Shown one piece after another: positions 1-11,400 of a stretch of 64,000 nucleotides of DNA (its first letter is position 1; the number at the start of each line of letters is the position of its first letter). The notes beneath the pieces are model-generated. The model was not told where the DNA came from and ran no database searches. It was given only the letters and a program-made list of their open reading frames with translations. Source of the DNA: an uncultured cyanobacterium (GTDB taxonomy: Bacteria; Cyanobacteriota; Cyanobacteriia; PCC-9006; JAAUQQ01); NCBI GenBank assembly GCA_963718615.1, contig OY970368.1:2880001-2944000 (forward strand). Reading direction: 5' to 3'. The position numbers and the translations under genes are program-made.

Positions 1-57
1 CAGATCGGAGTCATGACCGTGATGTTAACACTAGTCTTTTGGATGGTGTTAACATGA
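1..57 (+). CDS. mrpD: Mrp Na+/H+ antiporter subunit D, 3' end (partial)
   Basis: Frame 1 reads QIGVMTVMLTLVFWMVLT*, resembling cyanobacterial MrpD C-termini; its TGA overlaps the next ATG (ATGA). Confidence 0.6.
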   Translation, partial: QIGVMTVMLTLVFWMVLT

Positions 58-467
58 TGCGACTTCTCGACTTGAGCTTGCGATTAACCATTTGGTTTTT
101 GCTGACCGCCGATGGGAGTCCTGCGAATCTGATTATCGGTGTTTGTGTTGCCTTGCTGTTGCCCAGTCGCCCCCAATCCCTGGTCCAATCAGGAGCTGTG
201 ATCAGAGATGGTTTGCAGATTTTGGTGAAGATTCTTCTGGCTATTCCTCAAGCCTATTGGGAGGCGATCGAAATGATCCTGTATCCCCATAAACAAGAGG
301 CGATCGCCCTGGAACGGGTCAAATCCCAGAGAACAGCAGGACTGATTTTCTTGGATATTTTTCTGATTACCTTTACGCCGAAAACGATTGTGGTGAAATA
401 CCACGAAGCAGGGTGGTATGAGGTGCATCGAGTAGAAAGACGGGGAGGTCGTCGAGGCAGCTTATGA
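54..467 (+). CDS. mrpE: Mrp antiporter subunit E
   Basis: Hydrophobic N-terminus (IWFLLT..NLIIG), IFLITFTPKT motif; ATG at 54 coupled to upstream stop. Confidence 0.8.
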   Translation: MMRLLDLSLRLTIWFLLTADGSPANLIIGVCVALLLPSRPQSLVQSGAVIRDGLQILVKILLAIPQAYWEAIEMILYPHKQEAIALERVKSQRTAGLIFLDIFLITFTPKTIVVKYHEAGWYEVHRVERRGGRRGSL

Positions 468-715
468 ACTGGATTATGATGTTGATGCTTTTGTCGTTAT
501 TAATTCCTATTTTTGAGGCGTTACAAGATGAGGATATTTGGCAGAAGCTGCTGGCCTTTGCCAGTGTTTCGACGAAAACATCCATTATGATTTTGGTAAT
601 TTCGGTGGCGAGAGATGACTGGATGATTGGCGTAGTCGGCGTTTTGATCTTGAGTGTGGGGAATGCGGCACTGATGCTATTGGCCCATGTATTAAGACGG
701 ATGAGTGAACGATGA
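464..715 (+). CDS. mrpF: Mrp antiporter subunit F-like
   Basis: 83 aa, three TM helices, between mrpE and mrpG with ATGA overlaps. Confidence 0.7.
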   Translation: MNWIMMLMLLSLLIPIFEALQDEDIWQKLLAFASVSTKTSIMILVISVARDDWMIGVVGVLILSVGNAALMLLAHVLRRMSER

Positions 716-1002
716 TGGATAGTCTATCTCAAGGTTTAAGCTACGGTTTGATGGGGATTGGATTGTTTTTTTGGTTTTGGGGAACCGTGCCGCTTTTGGG
801 CGATCGCTCTCTACTGTTCAAACTCCACAGTCTCTCGATTGCCGACACCTTAGGCTCCATGAGCATTATCTTGGGCCTCCTTCTCAAAATTCCCCGAGAA
901 TGGCCACTGCTCCTCCTCGCTCTAATCTCCCTGGCAATCTGGAATACGATTTTAGGATATGTTTTGGCCTATTGCTCAAGCCGTGGAAATGCCAATGATT
1001 GA
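712..1002 (+). CDS. mrpG: Mrp antiporter subunit G
   Basis: KLHSLSIADTLG motif typical of MnhG/PhaG. Confidence 0.85.
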   Translation: MMDSLSQGLSYGLMGIGLFFWFWGTVPLLGDRSLLFKLHSLSIADTLGSMSIILGLLLKIPREWPLLLLALISLAIWNTILGYVLAYCSSRGNAND

Positions 1003-1606
1003 AAGTGTTATCGATACCACAACCGAAACTTGGATACAATCTTGGGATGGAGTGGCGATCGCCCTTTTGCTGCCCGTCACGGCTTGCATGGTGGTTTCTC
1101 AGGTTAATCCCTACCATGCCTTGGTAATTCGCGGTATTTTTGGAGCCGTTGCGGTTTTGGTTTATGCCATCTTTGGGGCAGCGGATGTGGCTTTAACGGA
1201 AGCTTTAGTGGGAACAATGTTGTCGATTACGCTGTATGCGATCGCGGTTCGAGCCTCCTTAAATCTACGATTGGGCATTGTGGATGAGGCTATTCAAGAG
1301 ACGATGCAGTTCGATGCATTATCCAATTCTTTTAATCAGTTACAAACCACATTGCGACACCCCTTAATCCCCTATCATTTACGGCTGGAATGGGTGAGTT
1401 ATCCAACACAGCAGGCCCTAGAAACGGCTTTGAGTCAGCGAGAAGTTCATGGCATTTGTATTGCCACTCGGGCCGAGTCTGACCCTCGCGGTCCCGTGGT
1501 CTATCAGCTACAGCTGCGGGTGCAGCGGCTCTATGAGATTTTGGCCCCTGGGATTTCGCCTGCGATCGCCCAGGTTACCTACCGTGCGCCGGAGGACTCA
1601 CCATGA
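995..1606 (+). CDS. DUF4040-domain Mrp subunit (MrpA C-terminal/MrpB-associated)
   Basis: GAADVALTEALVG motif; start chosen at ATG 995 (989 also possible). Confidence 0.8.
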   Translation: MIESVIDTTTETWIQSWDGVAIALLLPVTACMVVSQVNPYHALVIRGIFGAVAVLVYAIFGAADVALTEALVGTMLSITLYAIAVRASLNLRLGIVDEAIQETMQFDALSNSFNQLQTTLRHPLIPYHLRLEWVSYPTQQALETALSQREVHGICIATRAESDPRGPVVYQLQLRVQRLYEILAPGISPAIAQVTYRAPEDSP

Positions 1607-2265
1607 AATGGCTTTACATTGCTGCCGGGATTGCGTTCTATCTCAAGATGGTCCTCTTACAAAGTCCTCAGTTGATGGAGACGGAGCTTGCGATTGTTGA
1701 TGCCATTGTCCAAGACAGTGGTGTTCCCAATGCGGTTTCTGGGATTATTTTTAGAAATCGGCTCTACGACACCATTTTTGAGGTTGTGGTTTTTACGATC
1801 GCCATCATGGGAGCCAAATTCTTATTGGCGAACGAACAGCCCTCCTGCCAAATTTATCAATTTACCGATCCCCCTTCCATCGTTCTGGCTCGTCTAGGAG
1901 CCACAATCGCCGCACTGATTGCTGTCGAATTGGCGATTCGCGGTCATCTGAGCCCTGGAGGCGGTTTTGCGGCGGGTGTGGCCGGTGGAACTGCGATTGG
2001 CCTCATTGCTATTACCTCGTCTTCCCAGGTCATGGAGGCCCTCTACCAGCGCTGGCAGGCCGCCGTCCTCGAAAAAGTATCGGTGCTGATTTTCATTGTT
2101 CTTGCGGCTTTGAATCTGATGGGTCTGGAACTGCCCCAGGGAGAACTGGGCAGCTTGCTGAGCGGCGGCTGGATTCCCCTGCTGAACCTGCTGGTTGCGC
2201 TCAAGGTTGCCCTCGGCTCCTGGGCTGTGATTCTGGTCTTTATTCGCTATCGAGGATTACTTTAG
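1603..2265 (+). CDS. mrpB: Mrp antiporter subunit B
   Basis: [19 protein letters not shown] and [12 protein letters not shown] motifs. Confidence 0.9.
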   Translation: MKWLYIAAGIAFYLKMVLLQSPQLMETELAIVDAIVQDSGVPNAVSGIIFRNRLYDTIFEVVVFTIAIMGAKFLLANEQPSCQIYQFTDPPSIVLARLGATIAALIAVELAIRGHLSPGGGFAAGVAGGTAIGLIAITSSSQVMEALYQRWQAAVLEKVSVLIFIVLAALNLMGLELPQGELGSLLSGGWIPLLNLLVALKVALGSWAVILVFIRYRGLL

Positions 2266-3473
2266 GACTTTAAGGCCCCAAAATTAGCGGGATCTTGATC
2301 CCGACGGTGGCGGACGGGGATGGCCGGTCCGGGTTGATCCCCCACCAACGCGGCTGTGGTTTCTAGGGCTGCCCGCAGGCGTTTGGCTGCATAGATCGAC
2401 ATATCGCGGGGGACGGAGATGCGATCGCGCAAATACCGCAACCCCAGGTCAGCACCCTCAGGCGGCAAGCAAGCTTCCCCCGTTATCAGATAGGTTAAAG
2501 CCGCCCGCAATGCCGGTTCAAATAAGGCGTCATCCGCTGGATTCACCCGGATCAGATTGGCCCGATGCTTCAGTACGCGGTGCAAGGCCTCCAGGCGGGA
2601 GGTTTCCGGTTCCGGATAGGCCACATCGGGTAGACCGAGCCAGGGACCGGTATCAACCCGCGCTTGATTAATCGCAGTTTGGGGATCCGCGTTGTCGTAG
2701 CATCCGCCCATTTGCGGGGGTAAATCATGGGCATGGGTATGAAAATCGCTTTGGGTGCCTCGGTAGGTGGAGCGACTCTCTAGGCCATCGAACCAAGCCC
2801 CAAGGCGGGGATTCTCCTCTCTGAGGGAATAGCCCTTGTAGTAATACAAACTGGCATTCATCCGCTCGACGTAGGGCGTAAAAATGACATCAACGGTGCC
2901 AAATTCTTCGAGGAAATAGGGTCCTGGTGTTTGGCTCAAGGCCGCTTCTACTTTTTGGACAACGGCGGTGAACTGCTCCCGATTGCGTTGCTCATTGCGT
3001 GCCGAGCCCGCTGGATAGCAAAGCCAACTGCACCAAGCCCGAAACAGCAATCGCTCTAGCTGGCGCAGGGGGAGAACCTGGCGATCGCCCATTCCCTGAT
3101 TCAAAGGTCCAAAGGCCCGTTCCAAGCCAATCAAAATATCATCGCTCTCCGTCATCATGCGGCCATCCAATTCCAGCGCAGGCAGCATTCCCGACGGCAC
3201 CTTGCGCTTATACCAGGATTCCTTTTCCCCATAGCAAAACATCGTCACCTTTTCGATGCGGTAGGGAATTTTTTTTTCCTCTAACCAAAACCAAACCTTT
3301 TGACAATAGGGGCACCAGGCATGGTGATCCCGATAAAGCGTCACCCGCACCGCTGACTCCGGTTGACCAAACAGCCGCAGCTTAGCTTGGGCATTCGTGG
3401 GGCCATTGATTCGGTCAACGGTATAGGGGGCAAGGGCTTCAAGCTCGGACCAGGTCAGGGGGGCAGCGGACAT
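2262..3473 (-). CDS. Glutathione S-transferase family protein
   Basis: WCPYCQKV thioredoxin-like motif, [14 protein letters not shown]. Confidence 0.85.
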   Translation of the reverse strand: MSAAPLTWSELEALAPYTVDRINGPTNAQAKLRLFGQPESAVRVTLYRDHHAWCPYCQKVWFWLEEKKIPYRIEKVTMFCYGEKESWYKRKVPSGMLPALELDGRMMTESDDILIGLERAFGPLNQGMGDRQVLPLRQLERLLFRAWCSWLCYPAGSARNEQRNREQFTAVVQKVEAALSQTPGPYFLEEFGTVDVIFTPYVERMNASLYYYKGYSLREENPRLGAWFDGLESRSTYRGTQSDFHTHAHDLPPQMGGCYDNADPQTAINQARVDTGPWLGLPDVAYPEPETSRLEALHRVLKHRANLIRVNPADDALFEPALRAALTYLITGEACLPPEGADLGLRYLRDRISVPRDMSIYAAKRLRAALETTAALVGDQPGPAIPVRHRRDQDPANFGALKS

Positions 3474-3651
3474 AAGTAATTCTACAGAGCAGTTTTATAA
3501 AGTTCACGTAAAGTCTAGCGGCCACTCTCCCGACGTTCCACTGCAACTGAGAAAGGAGAGACAAGGTCCGCTGCAAGCAGGTCAAAACACGGTTAACACG
3601 GAACAAGGTCAACACAGGTCAACACAGGTCAACCAGGGGGAATGCAATCCA

Positions 3652-4779
3652 ATGCGGATAGCGATCGTAGGGTGCGGCTTTGTGGCCGATTACTACCTGA
3701 AAACTTTGCCACGCCATCCAAGTTTGGAGTTGGTGGGGGTTATGGACCGAGATCAGAGTCGATCTGAACGTTTTTCTACCTATCATGCCGTTGAATCTTA
3801 TCGCAATTTTGAAGATCTGCTCAACGATCCTCGGGTTGATTTGGTTCTCAATCTCACCAATCCCCACAGCCACTACGAGGTCTCCAAAGCCTGTCTGGAG
3901 GCGGGTAAGCATGTCTATTCGGAAAAACCGCTAGCGACTAATTTTACCGAGGCCAAAGCGCTGGTTGAACTGGCCGAACGTCGGGGGCTTTACCTTTCCT
4001 CTGCTCCCTGCAATCTGCTGAGCGAAACGGCCCAGGGGGTTTGGCGGGCTTTGCAAGAGAAGGTTGTGGGCGAGGTTCGCCTGGTCTATGCGGAAATGGA
4101 TGATGGCATGGTTCACCGCATGCCCTACGACCAGTGGTACAGCGAGTCGGGGATCCCCTGGCCTTTTCAGGATGAATTTGAGGTGGGTTGCACCCTGGAA
4201 CACGCAGCCTATTACATCACTTGGCTGGTGGCCTTCTTTGGCCCAGTGGAAACGGTGACGGCCTTTTCCGACTGCCTGATTCCCGATAAACAACCCCCCC
4301 AACCCTTGACCCGTAACGCTCCAGATTTTTCTGTGGCCTGTCTCAAGTTTCGCTCAGGCGTAGTGGCTCGGCTCACCTGCGGCATAGTTGCCCCCCACGA
4401 CCATCAGCTCCGCATCATTGGGGATACAGGGGTGCTCTCGGTTAAGGATTGTTGGTTCTATCGATCGCCCATCCACATCCAACGCCCGATTACGATTCGT
4501 CGCCGCCAATTCTGGAATCCCTGGAAACAGCGTTATCCCCTGCCCAAGGGCAAATCTCACTTTGGTTATCGGGGCGCTCAGCAAATGGACTTTGCCCGAG
4601 GGGTGGCGGCTCTGGCTACAGCGATTCAGCGCGGTGAGCCGGGGTTGCTCTCGGCCCGCTATTGCCTGCATGTCAATGAAGTGGTTTTGGCGATCCAGGA
4701 TGCAGGGACTGATGGATCGGTCTACCGCGTCACGACCCCCTGCGAGGCAGAGCCGCTGTTGGCCAGTTTGCCGGGATAA
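3652..4779 (+). CDS. Gfo/Idh/MocA family oxidoreductase
   Basis: IAIVGCGFVA Rossmann fold, AGKHVYSEKP motif. Confidence 0.9.
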   Translation: MRIAIVGCGFVADYYLKTLPRHPSLELVGVMDRDQSRSERFSTYHAVESYRNFEDLLNDPRVDLVLNLTNPHSHYEVSKACLEAGKHVYSEKPLATNFTEAKALVELAERRGLYLSSAPCNLLSETAQGVWRALQEKVVGEVRLVYAEMDDGMVHRMPYDQWYSESGIPWPFQDEFEVGCTLEHAAYYITWLVAFFGPVETVTAFSDCLIPDKQPPQPLTRNAPDFSVACLKFRSGVVARLTCGIVAPHDHQLRIIGDTGVLSVKDCWFYRSPIHIQRPITIRRRQFWNPWKQRYPLPKGKSHFGYRGAQQMDFARGVAALATAIQRGEPGLLSARYCLHVNEVVLAIQDAGTDGSVYRVTTPCEAEPLLASLPG

Positions 4780-4798
4780 TCCTGAGGAATTAAGCATT

Positions 4799-5872
4799 AT
4801 GCAACTACTCATAACAGGGGCCTCAGGCTTTTTGGGGCAGGCGGTGGTGATGGAGGCGCTGCGGCGGGGGCATGAAGTCATTGCAGTGAGGCGATCGCCT
4901 GCTGCTGTTTCCTCCACCCTTGCCCCTCTTCCTCCTACCGCTCAAGACCCGTTACTGCGCTCCCCTTTACTGCGCTGGATTGCCGCTGATTTGCGATCGC
5001 CCCAGGCCCTCCAAGCCCTTCAGCCGGATCTGGCCCAAGCCGATGGGGTGATTCACCTAGCCGCTGCCAAATCCGGTTCCTTGGAACAGCAGTGGTTGGA
5101 TACGGTGGGAGGGACGGAGCGGTTGTTGGAGGCGATCGCCCAGCTTTCCCAGCCCCTAGCCGGTCTAGTGGCTATTAGCAGTTTTTCTGTCTATGACTGG
5201 CTGGCGCTACCTACGGGGGCTTGGCTGGATGAAACTTCACCGTTGGAATCCCAGCCTCAGTACCGAGATGTCTATGCCCAGGTCAAGCTGGCCCAGGAAG
5301 CGCGAGTGCAAGCCTTTGCGGCGGCTCATCCCGCGACTGCTGTAACGATTTTGCGTCCGGGAATAATTTTTGACCAGGCGGGACAGGATGGAGCGCAGAA
5401 CTGGAATGCCCACTTGGGGGCGAAGCTAGGACCGCTGTATTTACGCATTGGTCGCGAAGCGACGTTACCGCTGATCGAGGTGGGGCGTTGTGCGGAGGCA
5501 GTGGTCCGGGCGGCGGAACAGGCGTTGCTATCTTCTGTGCTTAATCTGAAGGTTCCGAATCTAAAGGTTTTGAATCTTGTTGATGACGAATTGCCTACCC
5601 AGGCGGAGTATTGGCAGCAATTAAAGCAGCGGGCAAAACATCAGGGCCAGCCGTTGCCCAGAACAATTCCTCTGGCTTGGTCGCTGTTGCAGCCTGTTGC
5701 TGGGTTGGTCTTTGGGATCCAACAGCGCTTGCTTGGGGGGCGGGTGCCACTGCCGGGGATTCTGATTCCGGCTCGAATTGCGGCCCGGTTTAAGCCGCTG
5801 CGCTTTAGCAATGCCCAGGCTAAAGCTGTTGGGTTTCGCTTTGCTCAACGCCAACCTACAGCACCGCATTGA
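4799..5872 (+). CDS. NAD-dependent epimerase/dehydratase
   Basis: ITGASGFLG, VIHLAA, YxxxK (YAQVK), LRPG; true start ATG 4799 within the 4388 ORF. Confidence 0.85.
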   Translation: MQLLITGASGFLGQAVVMEALRRGHEVIAVRRSPAAVSSTLAPLPPTAQDPLLRSPLLRWIAADLRSPQALQALQPDLAQADGVIHLAAAKSGSLEQQWLDTVGGTERLLEAIAQLSQPLAGLVAISSFSVYDWLALPTGAWLDETSPLESQPQYRDVYAQVKLAQEARVQAFAAAHPATAVTILRPGIIFDQAGQDGAQNWNAHLGAKLGPLYLRIGREATLPLIEVGRCAEAVVRAAEQALLSSVLNLKVPNLKVLNLVDDELPTQAEYWQQLKQRAKHQGQPLPRTIPLAWSLLQPVAGLVFGIQQRLLGGRVPLPGILIPARIAARFKPLRFSNAQAKAVGFRFAQRQPTAPH

Positions 5873-5931
5873 TTTGATGCTTTTTTTGATGCTTTTTGCT
5901 GAGCTCAACTGTTTCTACTTTGCAAGGTCCT

Positions 5932-7131
5932 ATGAAAGTTGCCTATTTAACGGGCGAATATCCCCGTGCTACCGATACCTTCATTCAGCGAGAGATTGCG
6001 GTGCTGCGGCAACAGGGGATTGAGGTGACAACCTTTTCGGTGCGACGGACGGGGGATGAGCATCTGGTTGGACCGGAACAGAGAGAGGAGCGATCGCGCA
6101 CCACCTACCTCCTCCCACCCCATCCTGCCAAGCTTCTCTTGGCCCATCTCACGGGCCTGATGCATTCCCCTTCGCAATATCTCAGCGGCCTCCTCCTGGC
6201 CTGGAAAACCGCTCCACCGGGGCTACGCCATCAGCTTTACCAACTGTTTTACTTCCTCGAAGCGGGCTTATTAGCCTGGGAAATTCGGCGGCGAGAGATT
6301 TCCCATCTGCACAATCATTTTGGTTCCTCAAGCTGCACGGTGGCCATGCTAGCGGCGGAGATCGGCGGATTTGGCTATAGCTTCACACTCCATGGCCCCC
6401 ACGTCTTTTTTAACCCAGAGCATTGGCATCTCCGGGAGAAGATTAAGCGAGCAAAATTTGTGAGTTGCATTAGCCACTTTTGCCGTAGTCAGGCGATGTA
6501 TTTTGCCCCCTGGGAAACCTGGGACCGGCTGCACATTGTCCATTGTGGGGTTGACCCGGAGAAGTTTGAGCCAGTGGAGCATCGGCCAGACCAACAACGA
6601 CTGCTCTATACCGGACGACTGGCCCCGGAAAAAGGCTTGCCGATTTTGTTAGAAAGCTTAGTGAAGGTGCGGCAGCAACACCCAGGCGTAGTTCTGACCG
6701 TGGTGGGGGATGGACCGGCGCGATCGCCCCTAGAATCCCTCGTCCATCAGCTTGGCTTACAAAATTGTGTCGAGTTTGTGGGCTATCAATCCCAAGGGGA
6801 GGTCCGGCGCTGGCTAAACCAAACGGCGGTGTTTGTGTTGCCCAGCTTTGCCGAGGGCGTACCGGTGTCGTTGATGGAGGCGATGGCGGCGGGGGTGCCA
6901 GTGGTGACAACGCAGATTGCGGGGGTGAGTGAATTAGTGGAGGACGGGGTAAGTGGTTTTTTGGTGCCGCCGGGGGATGGGGAAAGTTTGGGCGATCGCC
7001 TCTCACAACTATTAACGGATGCGGCATTACGTCAGCAAATGGGAACGGCAGGTCGAGAGAAAGTTGAGGTAGAGTTTAGCGGTGAGGTTGAGGCAAGAAA
7101 ATTAGGAGAGATTTTTAAGAAGTGCGTCTAG
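5932..7131 (+). CDS. Glycosyltransferase family 4 (WcaL-like)
   Basis: YPRATDTFIQRE, GRLAPEKG, EGVPVSLMEAMA; ATG 5932. Confidence 0.9.
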   Translation: MKVAYLTGEYPRATDTFIQREIAVLRQQGIEVTTFSVRRTGDEHLVGPEQREERSRTTYLLPPHPAKLLLAHLTGLMHSPSQYLSGLLLAWKTAPPGLRHQLYQLFYFLEAGLLAWEIRRREISHLHNHFGSSSCTVAMLAAEIGGFGYSFTLHGPHVFFNPEHWHLREKIKRAKFVSCISHFCRSQAMYFAPWETWDRLHIVHCGVDPEKFEPVEHRPDQQRLLYTGRLAPEKGLPILLESLVKVRQQHPGVVLTVVGDGPARSPLESLVHQLGLQNCVEFVGYQSQGEVRRWLNQTAVFVLPSFAEGVPVSLMEAMAAGVPVVTTQIAGVSELVEDGVSGFLVPPGDGESLGDRLSQLLTDAALRQQMGTAGREKVEVEFSGEVEARKLGEIFKKCV

Positions 7132-7182
7132 ATTGTTGTGTAGACCACGTTTTGGGAATGGAAAAACAGGATTTGATTTTGG

Positions 7183-7908
7183 TCAAGCACGATATTCTAG
7201 GCAGATGGCTTCTCTTTGTTGGCTATTTGAGAGATTCTCGATGTCCCGTTTCCGTTTATTCCGCTTCTTCTCCTCGACAGCTTTGGGATATTTGTCAGAC
7301 AAAAGTAGCTTCACGAACTTTTCAACAGAGGAGTTAGAGGTGTTATTCAGTTGCGGGGAAGCGACAGCTAAGTTTACGTTTTTGATGCCTCCTCCTCCAG
7401 CGAGAAACATAGTGAAGGCACTAAAAATACTGAATGCAGCCATAGCTTTCTCGGAAGACTTACAAGCAGACTTCCAGGCTTGAAGTAGGAGAAGCTGCAG
7501 ATAGGCAGACTCTAGAGTTAAAAATGTCGCTGGGCCAAACGAATTTTGTGTAGGAAGAACAGAAGATTCTTGTTGGCGCAGTTTTGAATTGCTAAAGCCA
7601 CTCTTACGGGACAAAGGAATTTGAAAAGTTGATAGTGGCTTAACTTTTAATGAGATTTCTAGAGCTCTATCAATTTGGGAGGTAAGATTCAGTAAATTAT
7701 CTATTATTGTTTCTTCTAAAGGTTCTAGAAAACCAGACAAAAAAATCTGTTCAAACTCACTAGAATAAGAGTCATCCCAATCACTCTTAAGTCTTTTCCA
7801 GGATAAGACGAGAGACTGAAAGTCTTCTTGAAAAAGACTGTTGACACTACTCATCTCTTGATACAAAACTTGTGCTTTTTCTGACTGAAAAGAAACTTGA
7901 TTCGACAT
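7183..7908 (-). CDS. WXG100-like N-terminal domain plus C-terminal extension (putative effector)
   Basis: First ~90 aa helical with W-x6-W-D-D, paralleling the two neighbouring small proteins; C-terminal part has a hydrophobic segment and basic tail. Confidence 0.55.
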   Translation of the reverse strand: MSNQVSFQSEKAQVLYQEMSSVNSLFQEDFQSLVLSWKRLKSDWDDSYSSEFEQIFLSGFLEPLEETIIDNLLNLTSQIDRALEISLKVKPLSTFQIPLSRKSGFSNSKLRQQESSVLPTQNSFGPATFLTLESAYLQLLLLQAWKSACKSSEKAMAAFSIFSAFTMFLAGGGGIKNVNLAVASPQLNNTSNSSVEKFVKLLLSDKYPKAVEEKKRNKRKRDIENLSNSQQREAICLEYRA

Positions 7909-7918
7909 CTTCTATTTT

Positions 7919-8203
7919 TCATCTCCTTAGCTGATTAAGAGTTGATTGTGATTTCTCAACGATGTCTATTTGTTCCCGAATATACTGAAGTTGAGATTCA
8001 ATTTCTCGCTGAGATTCATCAAGTATTGATTGAATTTTTTCAAATTCAATCTCAAATGAATCAAACTGAGGGTCATTCCAGGAATCCTTGAGATTCTCCC
8101 AGGCCGATATCAAGCTGATATAGTCAGATTTCAGTAATTCCTTGAATTTATCGAGTTCTAAAGAAAAGTCTTTTCCTAGATCGAGATTAAATGTAGTTTG
8201 CAT
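7919..8203 (-). CDS. WXG100/ESAT-6-like protein (WxD variant)
   Basis: 94 aa, all-helical, central SAWENLKDSWNDPQFDSF; TAATG overlap with upstream gene. Confidence 0.7.
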   Translation of the reverse strand: MQTTFNLDLGKDFSLELDKFKELLKSDYISLISAWENLKDSWNDPQFDSFEIEFEKIQSILDESQREIESQLQYIREQIDIVEKSQSTLNQLRR

Positions 8204-8478
8204 TAGCGATTCCCTTCAAATTCTTCTACGATTTCCTTGTAGTCACTAATAAAATTAACTGATTCCTCTAGTGCTTTATTCGCATCTTTACTGTTGAACA
8301 ATACTTCTTCAAATTGAGGCGAAAAATTATCTTTAGCAGTCCCTTTCCAGGTAGAGCTACAGTATTGCCAAGAATTTTGTAGAGAGTTAAGCCGATCGCT
8401 TAGCTTCTCTCGAAATAACTCTAGCTCCGAATGGAAATTCATGAGTTTATCTACATCTACATCAATGTTATTGCTCAT
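8203..8478 (-). CDS. WXG100/ESAT-6 family protein
   Basis: 91 aa, N-terminal IDVDVDKL, central STWKGTAKDNF (W-x-G), helix-turn-helix pattern. Confidence 0.85.
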   Translation of the reverse strand: MSNNIDVDVDKLMNFHSELELFREKLSDRLNSLQNSWQYCSSTWKGTAKDNFSPQFEEVLFNSKDANKALEESVNFISDYKEIVEEFEGNR

Positions 8479-8480
8479 GA

Positions 8481-11400
8481 TTAATTTTGCTCCTGAACTC
8501 GTTTTTGGAATTTTTGGGCGTAGGATTGAAGCTCTTTCGCCAGTGGGACAGCATAGGGCTTAAGTTTTTCTGGTGCATCTACAGTGCTGTAGTCCTTAAA
8601 GTATGCCCTGATAGGCGGTAGTTTCTGCGCATAGGATTCACCAATCAAAGATTTTGAGTCCTCGCCAGACATACTGAGGATAGTTCGCATATCAAATTGG
8701 GCGAGTAAGGATTTGGGTTTGTCGGTAGTCAGACTCGTAATGCTCTTGAGCTCGTCAAACCAGAGAGTTGTGTGAATACCAAGCTCAGGCCCTTCTGTGA
8801 CAAGTTGCAGAAGGGCCTGGGCATCTTCAGACATTTCTTCGTTGCGTTTTCCCATAAGGGGACGAAGGTTGCTGGCTCTGTTGAGACTACCAATAGCGTA
8901 AATAACGAATAGGGAAGGTCCAAACTTATAAGCGTCGGGATCAGCATCACGGATAGTTTTACGGCGTTCAAATTCTTTCCAGATAGTTTGGAGCAGAGTT
9001 TCTGCCTGCACTATTTGTTGGGTCCGGTTTGCTTGCCGCTTGGCGATAAAGGTTGGAAAATATTGACCGAAAGCTTTGCGAAAATAGAGTGAAAAATAAG
9101 TCCAGGGTTTTTCATCGTCATTTTGGGAAAGGTCGATGATGCAGAAGCGAGCCTTTTGGGGTTGGTAGCTATGAACGAGACTAATAAGTATTCCACCGAG
9201 GATGCCGTAGATGGTCTCCTCTGATCTGCCGACGAGGAGCATATTACTTCTGGGACGGCGGCGGAATATGGCCTGGGTATGGTTGCCAATGCGCATGGCT
9301 TCGCCAAGCCATGCCACACCGGGAACATCTTCAACGTCCCAGTCTTCCAGTTTGAGCAGGTGTTTATTGAGATCTTTAGCACACAGCCAACGATTTTGGC
9401 GGGTGAGGGCAACGAGTTGGTGGTTTTGGGAGAGTTTGGTGGGTCTGGAGCCGTTAAAAACGACGAGGGGGGCAGGGCGGAGATATTCCCGCCCTTTTGC
9501 AATTTCTTGAATTCTGATTAGGGCTGCGCGACGAGCAGCTTCGGAAGCATCGGCCACTTGGCCCAGTTCGTTGTAAGCTTTGCGACCAAAGTCGCGGTTG
9601 TAGATAATGCGACCTGGACGATCGAGTAATTCTACAGCATCCACATTGTTTTCATCTAGGATAGCTCCAGCGGTGCGCTGATCCATTTGCTGGGCCATAC
9701 GAAGTTCAATGAAGGAGTAAATACTGCTGCTGATATTAGTGACACGAGGGGATTGGGAGGCGAGGAGCATATGAACTCCAAAGGCGCGTCCGCGTCGGGC
9801 AATGTCTTCAATGATAAGATTGAGTTCTTTTGTAATACTGTCGTTCTCTTGGAACATGTACTGAAATTCATCGATAACAACAAGAATGCGAGGCATATAC
9901 TGATTCGTTTGTTCTCGATATTCTGAGAGTTTTGCAACTCCAACTTTTTTAAATAATTGACCTCGTTGTTCAATTTTTCGTTGAACATGTTGAAGAATAC
10001 TGAGGCCAAACTCTCGATCGCTTTCAATAGAAATAACTTTGGCGTGAGGAAGTGCCTGGCTATCATTCAATTCTGTATTGAAATTTGTGGTCTGGGAACG
10101 AGTCGGGTCAATATAAACTTGAAACTCGACTCCCTCTTTAAAGTCGAGAAGGTAAAGTTCGAGTTCTAACGGTGAATAGCGAAGAGCAAGGCTGTTGATA
10201 ATGGCGTGGAGCGTATAGCTTTTGCCTGCTCCAGGTTTTCCAGCTAGTAGAGCTTGGCTAATCACGATATCATCTTGATTCGTCCCAAGCCAGAAGTCAA
10301 GGCTGTCCATTGCACCCATGATACCAATAGGAGCACGGATTTCATGCCTACTATCGTATGTCCAAGCTCGGAAGGGTTCAGGATAAAGCTCGTTAAAAGG
10401 AACAGTTTCCACCTTTACACTGCGAAATTCATCACCCAGTTTTTTAATAACAGCATTTATGATTTCTTTGTCGGGAGCTTGGTCTAAAGAGACTTCTAAA
10501 ACTGTATCTCGGGCTATGGAATATGAAAAGGATGGTCGTTTTCCAATAACTTTATTAGTTGGGGTCAGAACAGTGCAGTATTGTTCTATTTTCCCTCGAT
10601 TGATATTTCTAGGCCATTCTGCATCTTGGCTAACATGGAGTACAACAGATATACTGGCCCGATGTCCATTTTCAAGAATTGCAATGAGATCTTCAAATGC
10701 TCGATTATTAAAGCCCGTAGGAAAATCAGAGATAAATAAATAATGAAAGGCTTCTGCCGCAAATGGTTTCGCCTGATTAAACTCTTCTAGAGAGGAAAAG
10801 TCTGATCCTAAATATTTTTGAACAACTTGCTCAATGTGATTTGCCAGATTACGTAATTGATCCTGAATTTCATCAGATCTAGTGTAGACTTTAGGCCCTA
10901 ATACAAAGTGCGGGAGTCCCTTGAACGGAAAACTATTGCCCATCGAGATTGGATCAATAAATATGCATTTTAAGAAGCGTGGAGGAGAAAGCGTTAAAGA
11001 TCTGAGTGCCAGAGCTTGTAAATAGCTTATCGCGCAGTTTCTTTCTACAAAGTTTTTACTTTTAATTAAAAGATTGGGTATCCTTATAAAGTCAATACTG
11101 GTATTTCCAGTGTGATTGGCAGGTGACACAAACGCTGGCAATAAAACACGAGCATTGCATTCAATATCATAAAAATTCTCGATTTGTCCTAAGTACAGAA
11201 ATTTAAGCTCATCAAAGGAGAGATTTTCACTATGAGAGACTGCTGTTGGTGACAGGAAAAAAGCATAAGGATCTTTATGATTCTGGCTTAAGGATGACGA
11301 ATAGTATTTTTCATGAACAAATCTAATATTTTCAAGTGCACCAGAAGTCTTTGATAAACTTTCTATGCTGTTTTGATAGAGAAATGAGCGGATAGATATT

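Noticed and set aside
3580-3640. Short repeats considered as CRISPR or iteron arrays (also ~13145 and ~34271)
   Set aside because: Units are 10-13 bp, directly tandem without spacers; no cas or rep genes
4388-4798. N-terminal extension of the epimerase ORF
   Set aside because: Overlaps the Gfo/Idh/MocA gene in another frame; the Rossmann motif starts at ATG 4799
7133-7483. 116-aa ORF antisense to the putative effector, considered as an immunity gene
   Set aside because: TTG start, no RBS, almost wholly overlaps the effector on the opposite strand, no recognisable motif
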